From contig OZ059895.1 in NCBI GenBank assembly GCA_964057225.1, forward strand, positions 5,146,001-5,210,000: DNA of 64,000 nt, read 5' to 3'. The notes below the pieces were generated by a model. The model did not search any database and was not told the DNA's origin. It saw only the letters and a list, made by a program, of their open reading frames with translations. Position numbers and translations under genes: made by a program. Position 1 is the stretch's first letter, and each line of letters begins with the position of its first letter. Positions 39,587 through 54,900 of the stretch are shown here, in pieces. This stretch comes from Auanema rhodensis. Taxonomy: Eukaryota; Animalia; Nematoda.

Positions 39587-42500
39587 TTACAAAGCACTTT
39601 CGGACGGTCTAGGCAGACTTGTACTTCGACGTCCACCGTTTGATACAGTTGCCACCGAAGATGGGCGAGGCTGTGGTGCCAAAGCACTGCCTCGGAAAAC
39701 TCCTTTTTCTAAATAAGGACTGACTCGAATTTCTCTTTGACCAAAACAAGCAATTAGAATGTTATCATCCTGAAATGATCAAAATTCTTAAAATGTAAAA
39801 CAAATGTAGTATACCATAGAGCAGATTCCTAAAGCTCCTTGAGGTTCAATCGGTTCCGGCAATTGAATCTGTTTTAAACGGCGTACGCCTTTAACACCAG
39901 TAAGTAAAATCCACAATTTTCCTGTGGCATAGTCTAGTATAATGAGATTTCCATGCTGTAAGAGAGAAAATATGCTGAAGGTTAAAATAAACTGAACATA
40001 CTGCATCGACAATAGCACTAGCTGGGCTTGTAATATGTTCTTGTAATCGGTATGTTTTACTTAGATCATATTCATTTATCAATGATAAAGAATGATCGAC
40101 AACAAACAGGAGAAGCCGATTATTAGCAGCATCACATGTCAATAAGACAACAGCTCTATATTCGGCTTGATCTTCAGCAACACTTAAATATTGAAACCGG
40201 GTTTTTCGAGATTCTTTCAATGTTTTCCATCCCTGTAACCAAATCAAAAATTGAACTAAAAAATTAGAAAAAAATACCTTCCGGCCACGAATATAACACC
40301 ATAAAGCACTTTTCATGTTATCGCCAGAAACCATAAACAAATGACCGCGTGGGGCGACTGTGATCCATCTCGTTCTACTAATTTCTATCTTAGGCTCTTT
40401 TGGTGAAGGAATAACCTGAAGATAAGCATTTTTAACAGAGCAAAACTGAGAAAGAAAATGAATTTTTATAAAATACACATTGAAAAACGGATGGGAAATC
40501 ATGAAATTGTTTTGTTATTCTGACAGACCGGTTAAATTTGAAAAGTATGTTGATAAAAGACAAGTTTTCATGTGTATTAATATGAAATTTGAATGAATAG
40601 AAAGATCAATAGATGTTTTTTTCCATCTTGCAAGAAATATCTTTAACTCACCTCTACTTTCTTAAAATTATTGGCTACATCGAATACGTGAATAGATCGA
40701 CCTTTTGACTGCATTACACTAACATACCTATAATGTTGAAAAGTAGATAATATATATCATGAATACGAGTAGAAATAGTTTTCAAAAATGACTTACATCA
40801 ACTCATTCTTCTCATCGAATGATATAGAACTAGCTGATGAATTCTTAATAAGCACATGATCCTTTATTTCTCCAGCAGTGTTTGTAATGTAAATACCTGA
40901 AAACATTCACGAATATGTCGATCATAAACTGTTTATTTCCCACAAAACGTATAGAATATGTAATACATTTTAGAATAAAATTTACCTCCACAACTGTCCG
41001 AAATTGCAATTGAATTAGGATGCGACTTAGTATTGAATGCTTGGACGCATATAGGTCGAGTAAGGAAATTTTTACCAAAGCGATCTGTTGGATTATCGTA
41101 GGACGAGCCGGCATGATCTGTCTTGCTCATGACATCACCATTAGTTGTTGGTACAGGAGTGACAGCTTGAGAGTTTGAGGACTAAACAAATTGAATAATG
41201 AATAGTATGACAGCATGAGAACTTACAGTTCCACTACCTAAGGATTGATCACAGGGATACATAGGAATTGATGACATTACAGATCCAGGTTTAGAATCAA
41301 AACTTCGATGCGACTGGTCAGAGCTGAAAAAGCTGCCTTTACAATAATGTTACAACTAGAATGTGGAGATCAAAATTGTACATCATGTAAGCCTCGTGTA
41401 TAATAATGTTATTTGATATAACTTTGAAGAGAACAATCAAATCTACATAAATTACAGAAGAACAAATGAATGATAAAAGAAAAAATGCTTAAAAGAAAGG
41501 AAGTAAACTAAAGAATTAGCAAGGAAATCGATTTTCCGACCTTGATGAATTTACCGGATGTACTAGACAGGAAACTACGGAGAGCAAAAAGTTCTCTTCA
41601 AAAAAAAGAAATTTTTACGAATAAAAGAGAAAAACAAAACTTAAACTCTGAATAGTTATGAGCAATTGAACAAAAGTTTCAACTGACCGTGAAGACCAAC
41701 ACTTTCGTTTCAGAGGAATGAACAGGAAGATGTGCTGCTATCGTGAAACCCTGGTGGCAAGACTAAGATTGCTCCCGATGAGCGAATAACAACATGAGAA
41801 ACGTATGTGGCACTTAGGTGAGAGAAGGGGCGATATAGGAGAATAGAAGCATGGAAGGAAGATAATCGACGAAAAAAGGAAGAAAGAAATTTATATACAG
41901 CAAGTAGAATATGTATTGCAATTCTGAAGACTATAAAATAAAACAAAATGAACAAAACTAATAAATCTAGAAAATTTTCAATGAAATTTAAGATTAATAA
42001 TCGCAATTTTAAAAAAGAAGAAACGTTCTTCTCGTCAACAATGAACAGCAAATGAAGGTTTTACGAGTTCTTGACTAGAGGTATTGTGTATATATGGAAA
42101 ACGATGCAGAAATACAAGTTTGACTTAAACATACAGTTCGAGGAGAATGCAGCATTCATACACTCGATTGAATTTCCTCTTCAAAATAGGGAACAGCGCG
42201 AGAGAAATGGACAGGGTCGAAGGGAGAGAAAAATAGACCAGCTGAGCATGTGAGAGAACGAAAGAAACATGAAAAGGGAAAGCGCAAAATGGCTGGTTCA
42301 ACCTTAAAGTAATTAGAACTGGCAAAATGAGAGAGGGAATACAGTAAAAACGCTACATAGCTAAGCTATTTAAAAAAGCTAAACAAGTCGATGGAATATA
42401 TATATATATATGTATGTCTGTCTGTGTGTATGTATGTGTATGTGCTTATATGAATTTCAAAAAAAAAAACATTAAAACAAGTGTGAAAGAGCCCAGCTAT

Positions 42501-42951
42501 GAAAGAAGGAAATTCAGGCAACGAGAGAACAAGTCGCGTGTCAGTAAAATTCTGCACATGATGGCATACAGATGCGAGAAACATCAAATATAGACATCAT
42601 ACATACATCAAGCCGATTCAGCAACTATAACATCGTCCAAACAATCTACAACTCTTACTTTTCTCTCTGATGTCCCACCTCATCCAACTAATTGCGAATG
42701 GTTGTCGTAATCATCGTCAACAACATCAACCGTTCCTGGTTAGCAGTTGGGTGTTAATGCGCCACTGGGGTTGGTATGGAGTAAGTCGCAAACAAACAGA
42801 TTACAACCATACAGGGAAGCAAGATAATTCACGTACAATATATAACATATATAATACACATGTAAAGAGAGAGAAAAAAAGATTAAAAATTATTTCAACT
42901 TCTGAAGATGATGATCAAAATACAGACAACATGATGCTTTATGTTTTCTGA

Positions 42952-42995
<44 letters not shown>

Positions 42996-45900
42996 TAATA
43001 ACATGTTTTTTGTGTGAATAGTGGAGTTTCTTCTGATGAACATTAACAATAGATTCAATAGAATTAAAAATGGTTAAAGCAAAATTTTAAATGAAAGAAA
43101 CATTAACTACTCACTTGAACGAATCGTTAAAACTTCGGGCTGAATCAGTGGGTATTGACCGTTCACGAAATGACATAACAGATGGGCGATCACGAATCTA
43201 TAAGAGTTCGGATAAAAGTTGATTGTCACTATATGAAATATACAAAGACACTAGGCTCCAAAGGCAGATGTCGTCGCAACGAATCCACACTATTACCACG
43301 TCGTCGTTGATCTTCCCAGGAAGTTTTCCGACTGTCAGGTGAGGCAGTACCAGAGCTAAACGAATAGGAAGGTATAAAAAACAAATTGAGATTATTTACT
43401 AAATAGAAGGTGCCTCAAGAACTAAACGAGCACCGAGACAATGAGCAATGGCTTCAGCAGCTTCACGAGTTTTCCATTCAGTTTTATCTTTTATTTGGAA
43501 TTCCTCTTCCTAAAAAAGATAATGATTTTTGAATGAAAAGATGAATGAAAGAAAAGATTTATCAAGTAACTTACCGGAAAATGATCTTCACGCGGAATTT
43601 GAAGTAAATCACCCGCAAGCTCAAGTAAATTGGACATTCTGAAAAAAACAGAAGACTCAATAGTATCAGACTAGCGGAGCTCAAGAGACAGAAAAAAAGA
43701 AAATGACGTACTTATTTGGATCTTCTTGATCTAAATTCCATAGTTTCCAAGCTGGCCTAGACGGAGAAGGTACATGATACAGAAGAGGGCGTTCATCTTG
43801 AAGCTCTATGGATGTCAATGCCTGTAAACGAAAAATGTATTAATATTTATGAAATGGAAAAGATATTCAGAATGTAAATTGTTTTTTTCTAGATCATTGA
43901 AATAAATATTTTTTCGCAAATAGACATTTGAAGCAACTTCAATATTTTTCTTTTGGAGCAAATCAATAATAATATTTCACTACATTTTTTCTTTACAATA
44001 TATTTAAGTACATAGAAGCATACCCTATTCAGTCTAGATATCATTCGGCGATCTGGCTCATTTATTTGTTCTAGATGACGTCCAAGCTCATTCAGAAGCA
44101 GTATTTCTACCTAAATCCGTTTCATAGATTATCAGAAAGCTGAGAAGTCATGAGAAAAATGGCGTTTATAAAACAGATGACGAGTAATAGAAAGATACTA
44201 TGAAGACAATCGCAAGAGGGTCGTTTAGACCAACTCATTTTTGAGTATTTAAAGCTTTTTTCAGCACATTTACTTTTTTTTGGTTAATCTTGGTAAAAAG
44301 CTAAATATATTCTTCTTAAAGGCTTTAAAATATCAAAGATCACGATAAGTATGCTATCTCAGAGAAGTAATGATGAGAACTGATGAAAAAATATTGAAAA
44401 TACAGCATCAGTCAAATTTTTCAAGTAAAATTTGTTTTAATATTAAATATTATTATGATTGATGGTATTATGCTAGAAGTCAAGATATATACCTTCGCTA
44501 CAAACTCTTTCACGGCCAATTTCTGTTCGTGGATAGATTTACTTCGACGTGAACAACGACCTTCCATTGCTTGAACACATGACCTTAACGAAATATATAT
44601 TTATATTTATATATTGTTTAGAAGAAAAATATTAAAAATACCGATAAATTTCTTCTGGCTTCCATTCGTTAGCTCTATGTTCAGTATGTCCTTTCATAAG
44701 ATGGCATGACCTGAAAAAATTAAACTTGAACAAATCACAAAAAATGATTTTTTTAAATTTAGATATCGAATTTTTTAATTAGACAATTTTTTGGTCTTTT
44801 AGGTATTTTACTTCATTCCCCTCTCCAGTAACAATATTTAGACATGTATATGTTCTTCATCAAATGATATATGAGAACAGTAGTAGAAATCGGTACGATT
44901 CATTAACTATTAGAAATATAATACTATTTGATTAAATCAAAGTGCATTTATGAGATTTAGTTTGCAGGTTAACGGATATTCCATTTTAAATCAACTGTCT
45001 TTGTACTATAGTAAACTAACTATAATATCAAAAGACTAGCAACATATGTTTTAAAAGCCATGATTGTTTAGAATATATCTTAACTTCACATCATTTTCTT
45101 CGAGTTTGTTTTTTCCCATCAATTATCTATTCTTCATTCGTAGACATACATGTTACAGAATTAGAAGCTATCTATTGCTTAAAAACACACAACAACCACT
45201 TTTTTAAATATATATATATATATACCCCTTCTCACCCCTCTATATACGCATTATAATAGCATAGAATCTTTTCAATTGGTCAAACCACGCCCACAACCAC
45301 AGAAACTACTATGCTATGACTCCTAAGCACAGTTTGTCTCTTTCTTCGTTAGACTGCTGTTTTTGGTTTTTTTTTTGTATTATTTGATGTCGTCATATTT
45401 TACTTCTAAAGTTTGTCCATATTGTTGTTAAATCAGAATAATTCTATTATTCTATTCGTGAAAAAGTATTCAAAATTCTACTTCATAGTCAAATATATTC
45501 ACAAATTTGTAGCATATTTTTAATGTTTACAACATTATAAGCTGAGATATCGCGACCATATGTTGTAACTATCAACAGATTTTTTCATTACATTCAAGAT
45601 ATTTTACAAAATCTTCACAAAATCTTGAAAATAATTACAACAGATTGCTATAAGTTTCAAAAAGATTTTTTAGTAATTTCCAAAAGGTCTATAGTCCTAA
45701 ATGTTTTCACGAAAGGCCACTTATAACTTGAAAGAACAGAAAATTTAGTCTTATAAACTGAATACCAACGTGCCCCGGATATTTAGCGAAAATGCCGGAA
45801 AAACGCTTGCATAGGCCGCACTTCAGTCTTTGTGGGATGCAGATAGAATGAAGAACTCGTAATTTCATACATGTAGTTCCTGAACAAGCGGAATAGCTAT

Positions 45901-48900
45901 TACGTATTTTTCATTATTTCAACTGTCGATTCCAGCCGTATTCATCTTGTTGTTTTGCATTCCAATTGCGCTTTCTTTAACTTTGGCTAGATTTTCAAAA
46001 CTATGGAGCAATCCGTTTTCCTTTGCAGAATATGAAGATTGTTGTTCTATTAGCCATTTGATAAATTAAAAAAAGAGATGATCTAAAGTGTGTGTACGAA
46101 CTTTATAGCTTAGATTGTAGTTTGAAACCAAAAATGGTATTGAATTGTATTAAAAGCAAAGAATAAATGTTGAAAAAAAGAAAGTTATGGTACACAAACA
46201 AATAAATTAAACGATTTTGAATCATCAGTAAATAAACTAATAAGTATTTTTCCGCTCCCTACCCCATCATGTTGTATTAGAAAGACCAACGTTATAGAAA
46301 AGATATCGAGATGTTCAAATTATGGCATTTGAATGACGAAAATGCTTCATTATCTCTCATAATTTGAATTTATTTTAGACAGCCATATTTGTGACGTTAT
46401 ATGAATTTTTACTTTAAATTACAGAATGAATATAAAAAAATATATCAGTGATTATATATGATGTATTGACACTTTACACATTTACCTCATTTTATTTCCT
46501 TCTAAGGGACTCGTGTGCGGAAATTTCACATTAAAAATTCAAGGAAAAGCTAAGATTAGGAATAAGTTTGGAAGTTCTAGAGATGAGGCTAACGTCCACA
46601 AAGCAATTTGAGAAATAGATGAAGTTGTTGTGTTCATCATCATGCGACTGATTCGTTTCTATATATCATCAACATATCCCTTTTAATATGTGAATAGTTC
46701 ATCGTACCCCTTTTGCTATATTAGTTATTCAAAACTTGACAATTAAGTTTAGGTTCAAATAATATCGTTAGCCCTTCTTACTTTCTCATATACGAAATAC
46801 ATATGAATGTTATAAATTGTTAAACATCTATATTTTTGTAATAGTATATATAGCTCAATTGATCTTTTGGTCAATTTCTTATTCTAATATGGGCATGATA
46901 AGTGAATTGAACTTTACAAACTTTCCCAACTTTAACTTGAATGGATTCGTCTTCGATTTATGCATCATCTGTTCATGTGTATGTATGTGTGCTTTCTCTC
47001 GAAGACATGTTGTGAAGCGTGTGAAGTGAGTCCCTCTATAGCCCTCAGGAAACGACCAAAAAGGCAAGATCTGGTAAAGCTGTTGCTGGTAAAGCTTTGA
47101 GTAGAGCTTTGTTAAATTTCGTGAGCTACACATTAAAAAATTCCGAAGGATTCGAAGATTTGAGAAGGATGAGAGAAATGTAAAGAATTTGTGAAAAATA
47201 AATAAGGTGAGAAGTCTAAAAGAGAATTTCTTTCAAATAAAAAGAAAATATACAAAAAATAAATATATGTATACCATATATATTATTTTTTTTAATCCAA
47301 AATCAATAATATGAAATCGAAGACGGTAAACGCAAATAGTTTAGTCATTCATGCTTTTGCATAAATCATGAAGTCGCTAAGGAAGAGTGTTCGTAATGAT
47401 GCTAACATGGTTTTAGCTGTCAGACATAAGGAATACTCATTAAGATTGGAAAGGTTTTTCTCATCCTTTGATCCCAACTTCCCTCATTTAGTTCTCAAAT
47501 CTAAAAGAAAAGAGCTAAACGTTTTATAATCTTGTTCAAAAGATTTTCAAGTTCGATGAGCCCTCACGCTACACGTGATGCCCCCATAGAACGAAGGGCA
47601 TTTACACACATGAGACCGAATAGCAAAGTGCATTGCCATCTACTTACATAGCAATTAAAACTTTTATTTCTGATTGAAAGGGAGGATAATATCAAACTAT
47701 TATTGCAAAAAAATAAAAAATAAATTTCATAAAAAAAGGTAAATAAAAAAATTCGTGGCCCTACTTTAGATTTATATGTTTTGGCTTTGATTTCAATAAA
47801 CTAAATAGAATATAATGAAGAATTGATTATTATATATTATTTCTAAAATAAATTCATAATTATTAAATACAAAATAATTAATTGATAATATTTAGAAATT
47901 ATAGTTTTTTGAAATCATCTATTTTGGGCAAAAAAAACCTTGAGGCTAACAATTGTATCTTTTTTCTATTCATATAGTTATTGACCAAATATTCTATTTT
48001 TCGTTTTGCCTTTAAAACTAGGCTGTTGTTGAAGAGATTTCTGGCGCAGTTCGCCGGTTCTATGAATATGCCCTCAGGCAATAAGTTCCAGCACAACAAG
48101 ATCGGCTCTTTAAAGCTTGCCTGAGATTAAAGATACATCATTCGCATAACTTATCGAAACAGCAGTAGCTCCTCGATGTTGAGGCAGCCAGCAATCGAAA
48201 AATATCTTCAATTTTCTTTCAGCATCTAACTGAAAATCGGAAAAAAAAACTTTTTTTTCTTATAAGATTTTTTTGCTGTTATTATACTTCGTATTTTCAG
48301 CTTTAATACGCTCTCTTGAGCATTCAATATCCATTGGTGTAGCATTAGCTTTAATATTCTCTATATCATATAGATGAATACATGTAGAGTAAATTACAGA
48401 CCAAATGTAAAGACAGTAAAGCAAAAAAAACGGAACTAGCTACAATGGCATAAAATCGTTTGAATACAGAAGCTAACACGTTCGAAGGAAACTGATGTAA
48501 CAGCTTATTGGAATTTTACAATAATAATGACCTATAAAATCAAGACTTTTAAAGTCTGGCCATCATGGCTATCATGGGAATCTTGAAATGTTTGTTCATT
48601 CTTGTTATTGTCCCTGTTGTAAACCTCAATCATACATTATATTTGATTGGAAAATAACAATGGCAACAGGAATGGACAGAAGATTCCATAAAAGTACTTC
48701 CTGTCTTTCAAAAACATTTTTGCCGTCCAGTATCTCTGTTCATAGCATTAACAAACGATAGTTAACCCTGAGTATCAATTACTTTTCTTATTACGACATG
48801 AACTGTAAAAAAGAAACAAACGTTACTGATGTGGCGAATGTGAAGGGATATTTGAGAAAAGAAGAAAGTTTGGAGTGTATGCGCTGCTGTGTAAAAGAGA

Positions 48901-51900
48901 GTGAGCGAAAAAACGAAAACTAATTCAATTAAAAGTACGAATACAGTGACGATTACAGCAATAGTTGTGCTACCGACATGTAAGCAGTATATGTGGACGG
49001 ATACTTTCCGTCAAACTTAGATAGTTATATCAATATGATACAACATAACTTGCCATAGTTCATACGTCTAGTCAATTGCCCCTCTATAAGTCCATCCTTT
49101 CAAAGCCAAAACTCCAGGTGCATGGCCCGTAATAAACAATAATGTCTTCTTATGTTATGTAACTTCGCACAGATGCATAGACGTTAACTATCTGAATGGG
49201 TGACATCAACAAATTTTTTGGCCTCAGCTCTTGTTTTGCCTTTTTCTTTTAAACTTATTGAAAGGCAATTGGTACAGATTTCGAATTTCACTTGTTAGCA
49301 AGCTTACTCTTTTTCAACATAGTTATATTCATTCTTAAATCTCTACGGTGTCCTTTTTTTCATACTTTACTTGTCTCTTAGTTTATTTTTCGTTTTTGTC
49401 TTCAATTTTACATATCAAAGCAAACAGACATAGTGAGCCATAAGTTGCCCATCAGGTTCGCTTTTACATTTCTCCCGAACATATTTATTTAATATTATAC
49501 TAAATGCTAATCATATATAATATTTATTATAAAAAAGTATATTAATATAATTTTTTGCTTCTCTTCAGTCATTTCAGTTTTTTTCGTATGTGAATTTCAA
49601 ACGTTTTAACCCAGCCTCCCTTTGGGTTAGTATTTGTTTCTGCTTTCATATACATTCAGGCCTTCTACCCTTTATTTCCCAATCATTGATATACGAAGAT
49701 GGCATCGAATTTGACGCCTTCGATCATAGATGTAATTCGCCTTATGAACATCAACTTAATTAGCATTTTCTTGATGTTACAACCTTATCGTTTATCCATA
49801 TACTTGGAATAATTTAACGTTCGCTATCACAAGATGAATCAAAAAAACGAAAGAGATAAGCCCAATATATAATTTTTTTCTGCAACCATATAATCCACAT
49901 AATAATACATTATTTTCATTTTTACTATTTATGCCATTCCTTATACTACTTATCTTCATTCCTAAAAGATTATAGTAACAACGGTTTTCCTTTTTTATTT
50001 TACTATAAATATACCAAGATTACAACATAAGCTTAAAACTTCTCAGATTATGATGTTATCACAGCAAATGCTTTTTTTTGCTTGGCAAATTTAAAAAATA
50101 GAGAAAGAGAGGAAATATGTATTTGTGTGAAAGTGAATAAAAGTTCATCATTAGCGGCATTCAGTGCTCAAATTCAGATCAAAAAAATTTAATCATGTTT
50201 TGTTTCTTTTTTGTTTTTCTGCTTAACTTCAGAGAATAACAAACATTTACTATTCTGTATTCCATTTAACATGTTTTAATTCCATATCCAACCAGCATTA
50301 CATAAATTTGGAACAAAATGTAAACATGCTTAACTTGTTTAAATCAGAACGTAGCGCGGAGAGAGTTGAACAGCTATGGAAAGCACATAAGCTCATTTTC
50401 TTTTAAAGTATATTGATTATATAGCAATAAAGCGCTAATAATTAGGTAGCATGTACACCTGATCTGCGAAGAACAATAGGAAGACACAATGTGTCAACTA
50501 AATTTTTAAGAAATGTTCTGTGACCTACTTAGTTGAAGAATTCAGTTTCTTAGTTGATCGTCTAGTTTACAGTTTTGCTTCTTATTAACTTCTTTCCTTT
50601 TCAAATAAGAGTTATAGACTTTTGGAAATTAGATTTTGGAAATTTAATTAAATCTCATGCTAATCACATTGTTAACCACAATTGGTATGCCGAAGGCTTT
50701 TTATAATATCAATATATTTTTATTTGCCATCTATTTGATTAATATCGTTGAAGACATTTTATCAAGATGTCTTTCACTATGATTTGTGCTATGAGCTGAT
50801 ATATATATAAATTATAATAGACATTCCTCTTCAGTAAAGTCGATGAATGAATCAGTTTATATACACTGTTAACCTACAAATTGAAGTCAGCATACTGTAA
50901 TTAAATTTGCTAACAGCTCAGTAGAAGAAATGAATCTTTTAACTGTACTTTGCTATCATTAAGTTCGTCGATCTATTGACTTGTTAGCAGAGAGCATACT
51001 ACTTTGAAGAGATACATTCAGCTAAACAAGCTTTATCTTCTGAATGTTCAATATGAGAGCACACAACAGCGACAGGTTTTATAGAAGATAAGAGAAAATA
51101 TGCTTATAATGTATGTGTTCGGATTCCATAGATGTTGAAGTAGAATATCTAAGAAAACCGTACCCTTAATCATATTCTTTAGTTCTTTTTGAATACAATA
51201 TTAGAGTTCGATTCATAGCCAATCTTTGAACTGGACATCTCACTTGTACCTTGTTCTTCTTAATACCTGGTGGTATACATCGCTATATTTCTTTCTCCAC
51301 TGAGCAGTGACTGATATGTTTTCAAGTGGATGTACAAACATCTTACGGATGAAAGCGAGCCATGGACATTGTGAAGAGAAAGAATGCGATTGAAAGCAAG
51401 AGAACGGAAAATTACAAGAAATTTCAGACTTGGCCTTCGGGCATCGCTAACAGTCTGCAATCGTTATAAGTCTGGATGTAAGCACAGACAGTAGAATATC
51501 ATTATAGTAACAAAGCGGCACAATTTGTTATTTTATACTATATTCGTATTACTATATTAATAATATGAAAGCTTCACGAAAGCTTGTCACGTTGACTAAG
51601 CTTCGTGAGATCGGTTAACTTAATTACTACTCCCACTTTCGTATTTTTCATACAAATTCTTTCACTGTGTTGCTCTTTTAATCCTCGAGCTATTCTTTTG
51701 TTCATTGTTCCATTGCAGTTCTATTGTGCTGATAAATGTCTTCCTCACCATTCAAATAAAAAGGCAAATCGTCCATAAGGTGTCTATCTCAGGCAATCTT
51801 CCTGTTATATAGAATTCTCTAATTCTAAAAGATCCGGCGTTTTTTTCACGAATTCATATAATGCGACATGCCCATTGCTCACAATCGTGACCTATTGCGA

Positions 51901-54900
51901 TTTCCTTTTTACATTAAGCTTGCTTCAGTTCCCCCCAGGTAAGATAAACGAGTTTAAAGAAAGAAAGAATAAAATATAGATAGAGAAATCACAATTATAG
52001 AATACGAAAACAGAGAGAGAGTATGAAAATATAAAAAGTGAGAGAGAAAATAAAAAGGAGAGAGGAGAGGATTATGAGAAAGTAAAGTTTGAATGCAACT
52101 TTTCTGAACATATAAGCAAGAAAAGAAGAAAAAGGCAGAATAAAAGCACAAAAGACCACATGCAATCACTTACTTTCTAATGTGTAACTTTCAAGTTCTC
52201 TCTTTTACGCCTTCACCTTCTCTAGTAACCCTCTTCCTCTTTCTAACTTTTCTTTCCTCAAAATGGACAGGAGTCTCACTCCTCCTTATTAGAATTTGTC
52301 AAAGGCTATTCGTCTTTTCACGTTTTATATTTCAATACATTAAAGCTCAAGTGTTTGAGCTAAAATCTAGACTGGTCTTTCATCTTCATTTTTCTTCAAC
52401 TCGAATTATGACGACCATGCGAGACTAAATCCAAAATTCTTCAAGATCTCGTCAGCTGTTTTTCTCAAAAATTCTTAACTGTCATGTTTATCTTTTGAAT
52501 ACAATTTTTATTTTCATAATATTATTACAACGTCTCAAATTGTCACTTCTGATAGGCATGTCCTCGTTTTATATAAATTAGAGTGTACGATCCGCCTTCA
52601 TAAGCTTTGCAGCATTTTTTTTCTAGTTAGCAATTGAAGCAATAAAATACTACTCTTCGGCTTGCCAAACACATTTTTTACGTTATTTTTAATGCTGCAT
52701 TGCACTTAAATGCGAAAATATAAGTTGATAACAATAATTTGGTTTTGATTCAATTATTGTCTAATATGTAGAAACAACAGCTTTATACGTATTCGTATAT
52801 CTGTTGATATTGCACGAGTTTTTTTCTTTTCCTAACACATTTTGTTCAAAATCAATTTCTTCCATTATATGTCGTTCTTTAATTATTGAAGCTTAATCAT
52901 ATTCATATTATCTAATCTTACTATATGAATAAGAAAAATACTTTGTTTTCTCATCATTTAGTAACAATAATATTATTGAATTTCTGATTTTACTTAAACT
53001 CAATTAGTAATGAATGTAAGGAAAACTCAAAAAAAATATTTTTTTTCAAAAGAAAAATGTACTTTATATTACGAATAAAGGTAGTGAATAAAGGGCAGGC
53101 TGAAGAGAGAATTTTTAGGAATAAAGCTGAAGAAATAAGTTGGCGATATGAGTGGTTGAACTTGTACTGAACTATTATGCATATTACTCTGCTTCAGCTT
53201 AAATTATGATGCTTTGAGGTTTTAGGACAATAAAGTATTTACTATATTTTGAACAACTGCTTAATTTAATACCTCTATTTATAGCTGTTGCATAATTTTA
53301 TATCCTTTTTTAAAATTTATATATTTTGAATTTCAAGTTCAAATGAGTCTTCAAATGTACTGTAGACTGTAGAATTCTAACAGCACTTCACAATGATATC
53401 ATTATTTTGCCAATTTTTCTGATCATCATTTTCGCTTCATAGATCAAATAATCCAAAAAACAAAGTCAGCTTAGCCAAAGAATCTTGATGCATTGAAATG
53501 GAGTGAGAATGCAAGTGAGAGCAAGCTCGTGGCTGTAATTAGATATTTGCTATGCAAAAACCTTGCCAAAACTAACATATTTGGCTGAACTGCCAATCAA
53601 GGACAAACCTTTGACACAGCTCGAATGTTGTTACTCTTCTCTCTATCCTTCCGCGTGGTTTCTGATTCTCTCTATTTTATATGAAAAATTCCAAGTGATA
53701 CGAAGCGAAGGATGAAAAAGAAATTTATAAAAGTCTTTTAACAGCTGATTAAAGCCCAAAACGAACGAGTCTCTGAGCACATAAACATATATATTCTCGT
53801 TATCAACAGTTGAATCTTTTCTCTTTTTCTAGTATTTCCCGTTTCATACGTTTTTTTCAGTATTTTTCAATTTATTGTTTTTCTTTTCTGGATAGTTATG
53901 TTTAACAGTTTAGGACACTCACTACTTCTAGCGAATGATTTCGGACGACTAGTTAACAGCCAGTGGCTTTGTCGATAAAAGCGTTGTATCCTTACCCGTT
54001 AACTAATACATAACGGTATATCTTTGTACTTAAAATAGTAGCAGGATTCAAAACATGGACGCAACCATAGGAAAGCCTTCAGACAATGAAAATAATAACA
54101 TCACTACGAATTCGCACTTGAAATGTAATTCTTATTCGCTAGCCCATATGAAATTTCTAACTGTGCCTATAACACTGTTATTTCTTATTCTGCCTGCAAA
54201 TACGTCAGCATTATCTCGAAGCTATGATATGTCTGAGCCAGCTTATGTAGAAAGTGGTGATAATCATCATCGTGTAGCTCGCAGCAGCTCATCCGGTGGG
54301 ACACAAGAGCAAGAGATACTGAACCGGCTTTTAACCAACTATGATATGCGTGTTCGACCACCACCGACAAATATCTCAGGTTTATCATTTATCAATCAAT
54401 AATATATTACATTGTTCTAGAAATTGGTGGACCAGTAGTTGTCCGAGTCAATATTATGATTAGGATGTTGTCAAAAATAGATGTGGTAAACATGGTATGT
54501 TTTTTAAACCTCCAATTGCATATACGATAGCTTTGCAGGAGTACAGTATGCAGCTGACATTTCGAGAACAGTGGATGGATAGTAGATTAGCATATGCTCA
54601 CCTCGGCTATAAAAATATGCCAAAATTTTTAACAGTGCCTCATATCAAAAACAATCTCTGGATACCAGATACATTTTTCCCGGTCAGATCATTTACGTTT
54701 GATCATTGATATCTAAAGCAAATTCAGACGGAAAAAGCTGCTCATCGTCATTTAATTGATACTGAAAATATGTTCTTACGAATACATCCTGACGGCAAGG
54801 TAGACAGTTTTCATGATAACATCTTCTAATAAAAATTTGATTGACGTTGACGTAAAAAAACGTTTCTCATTTATAGGTGTTATACAGCAGTCGTATCAGT

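Noticed and set aside
54055-54147. Upstream in-frame ATG for glc-2
   Set aside because: ATG 54148 follows an AG acceptor and directly begins a signal peptide.
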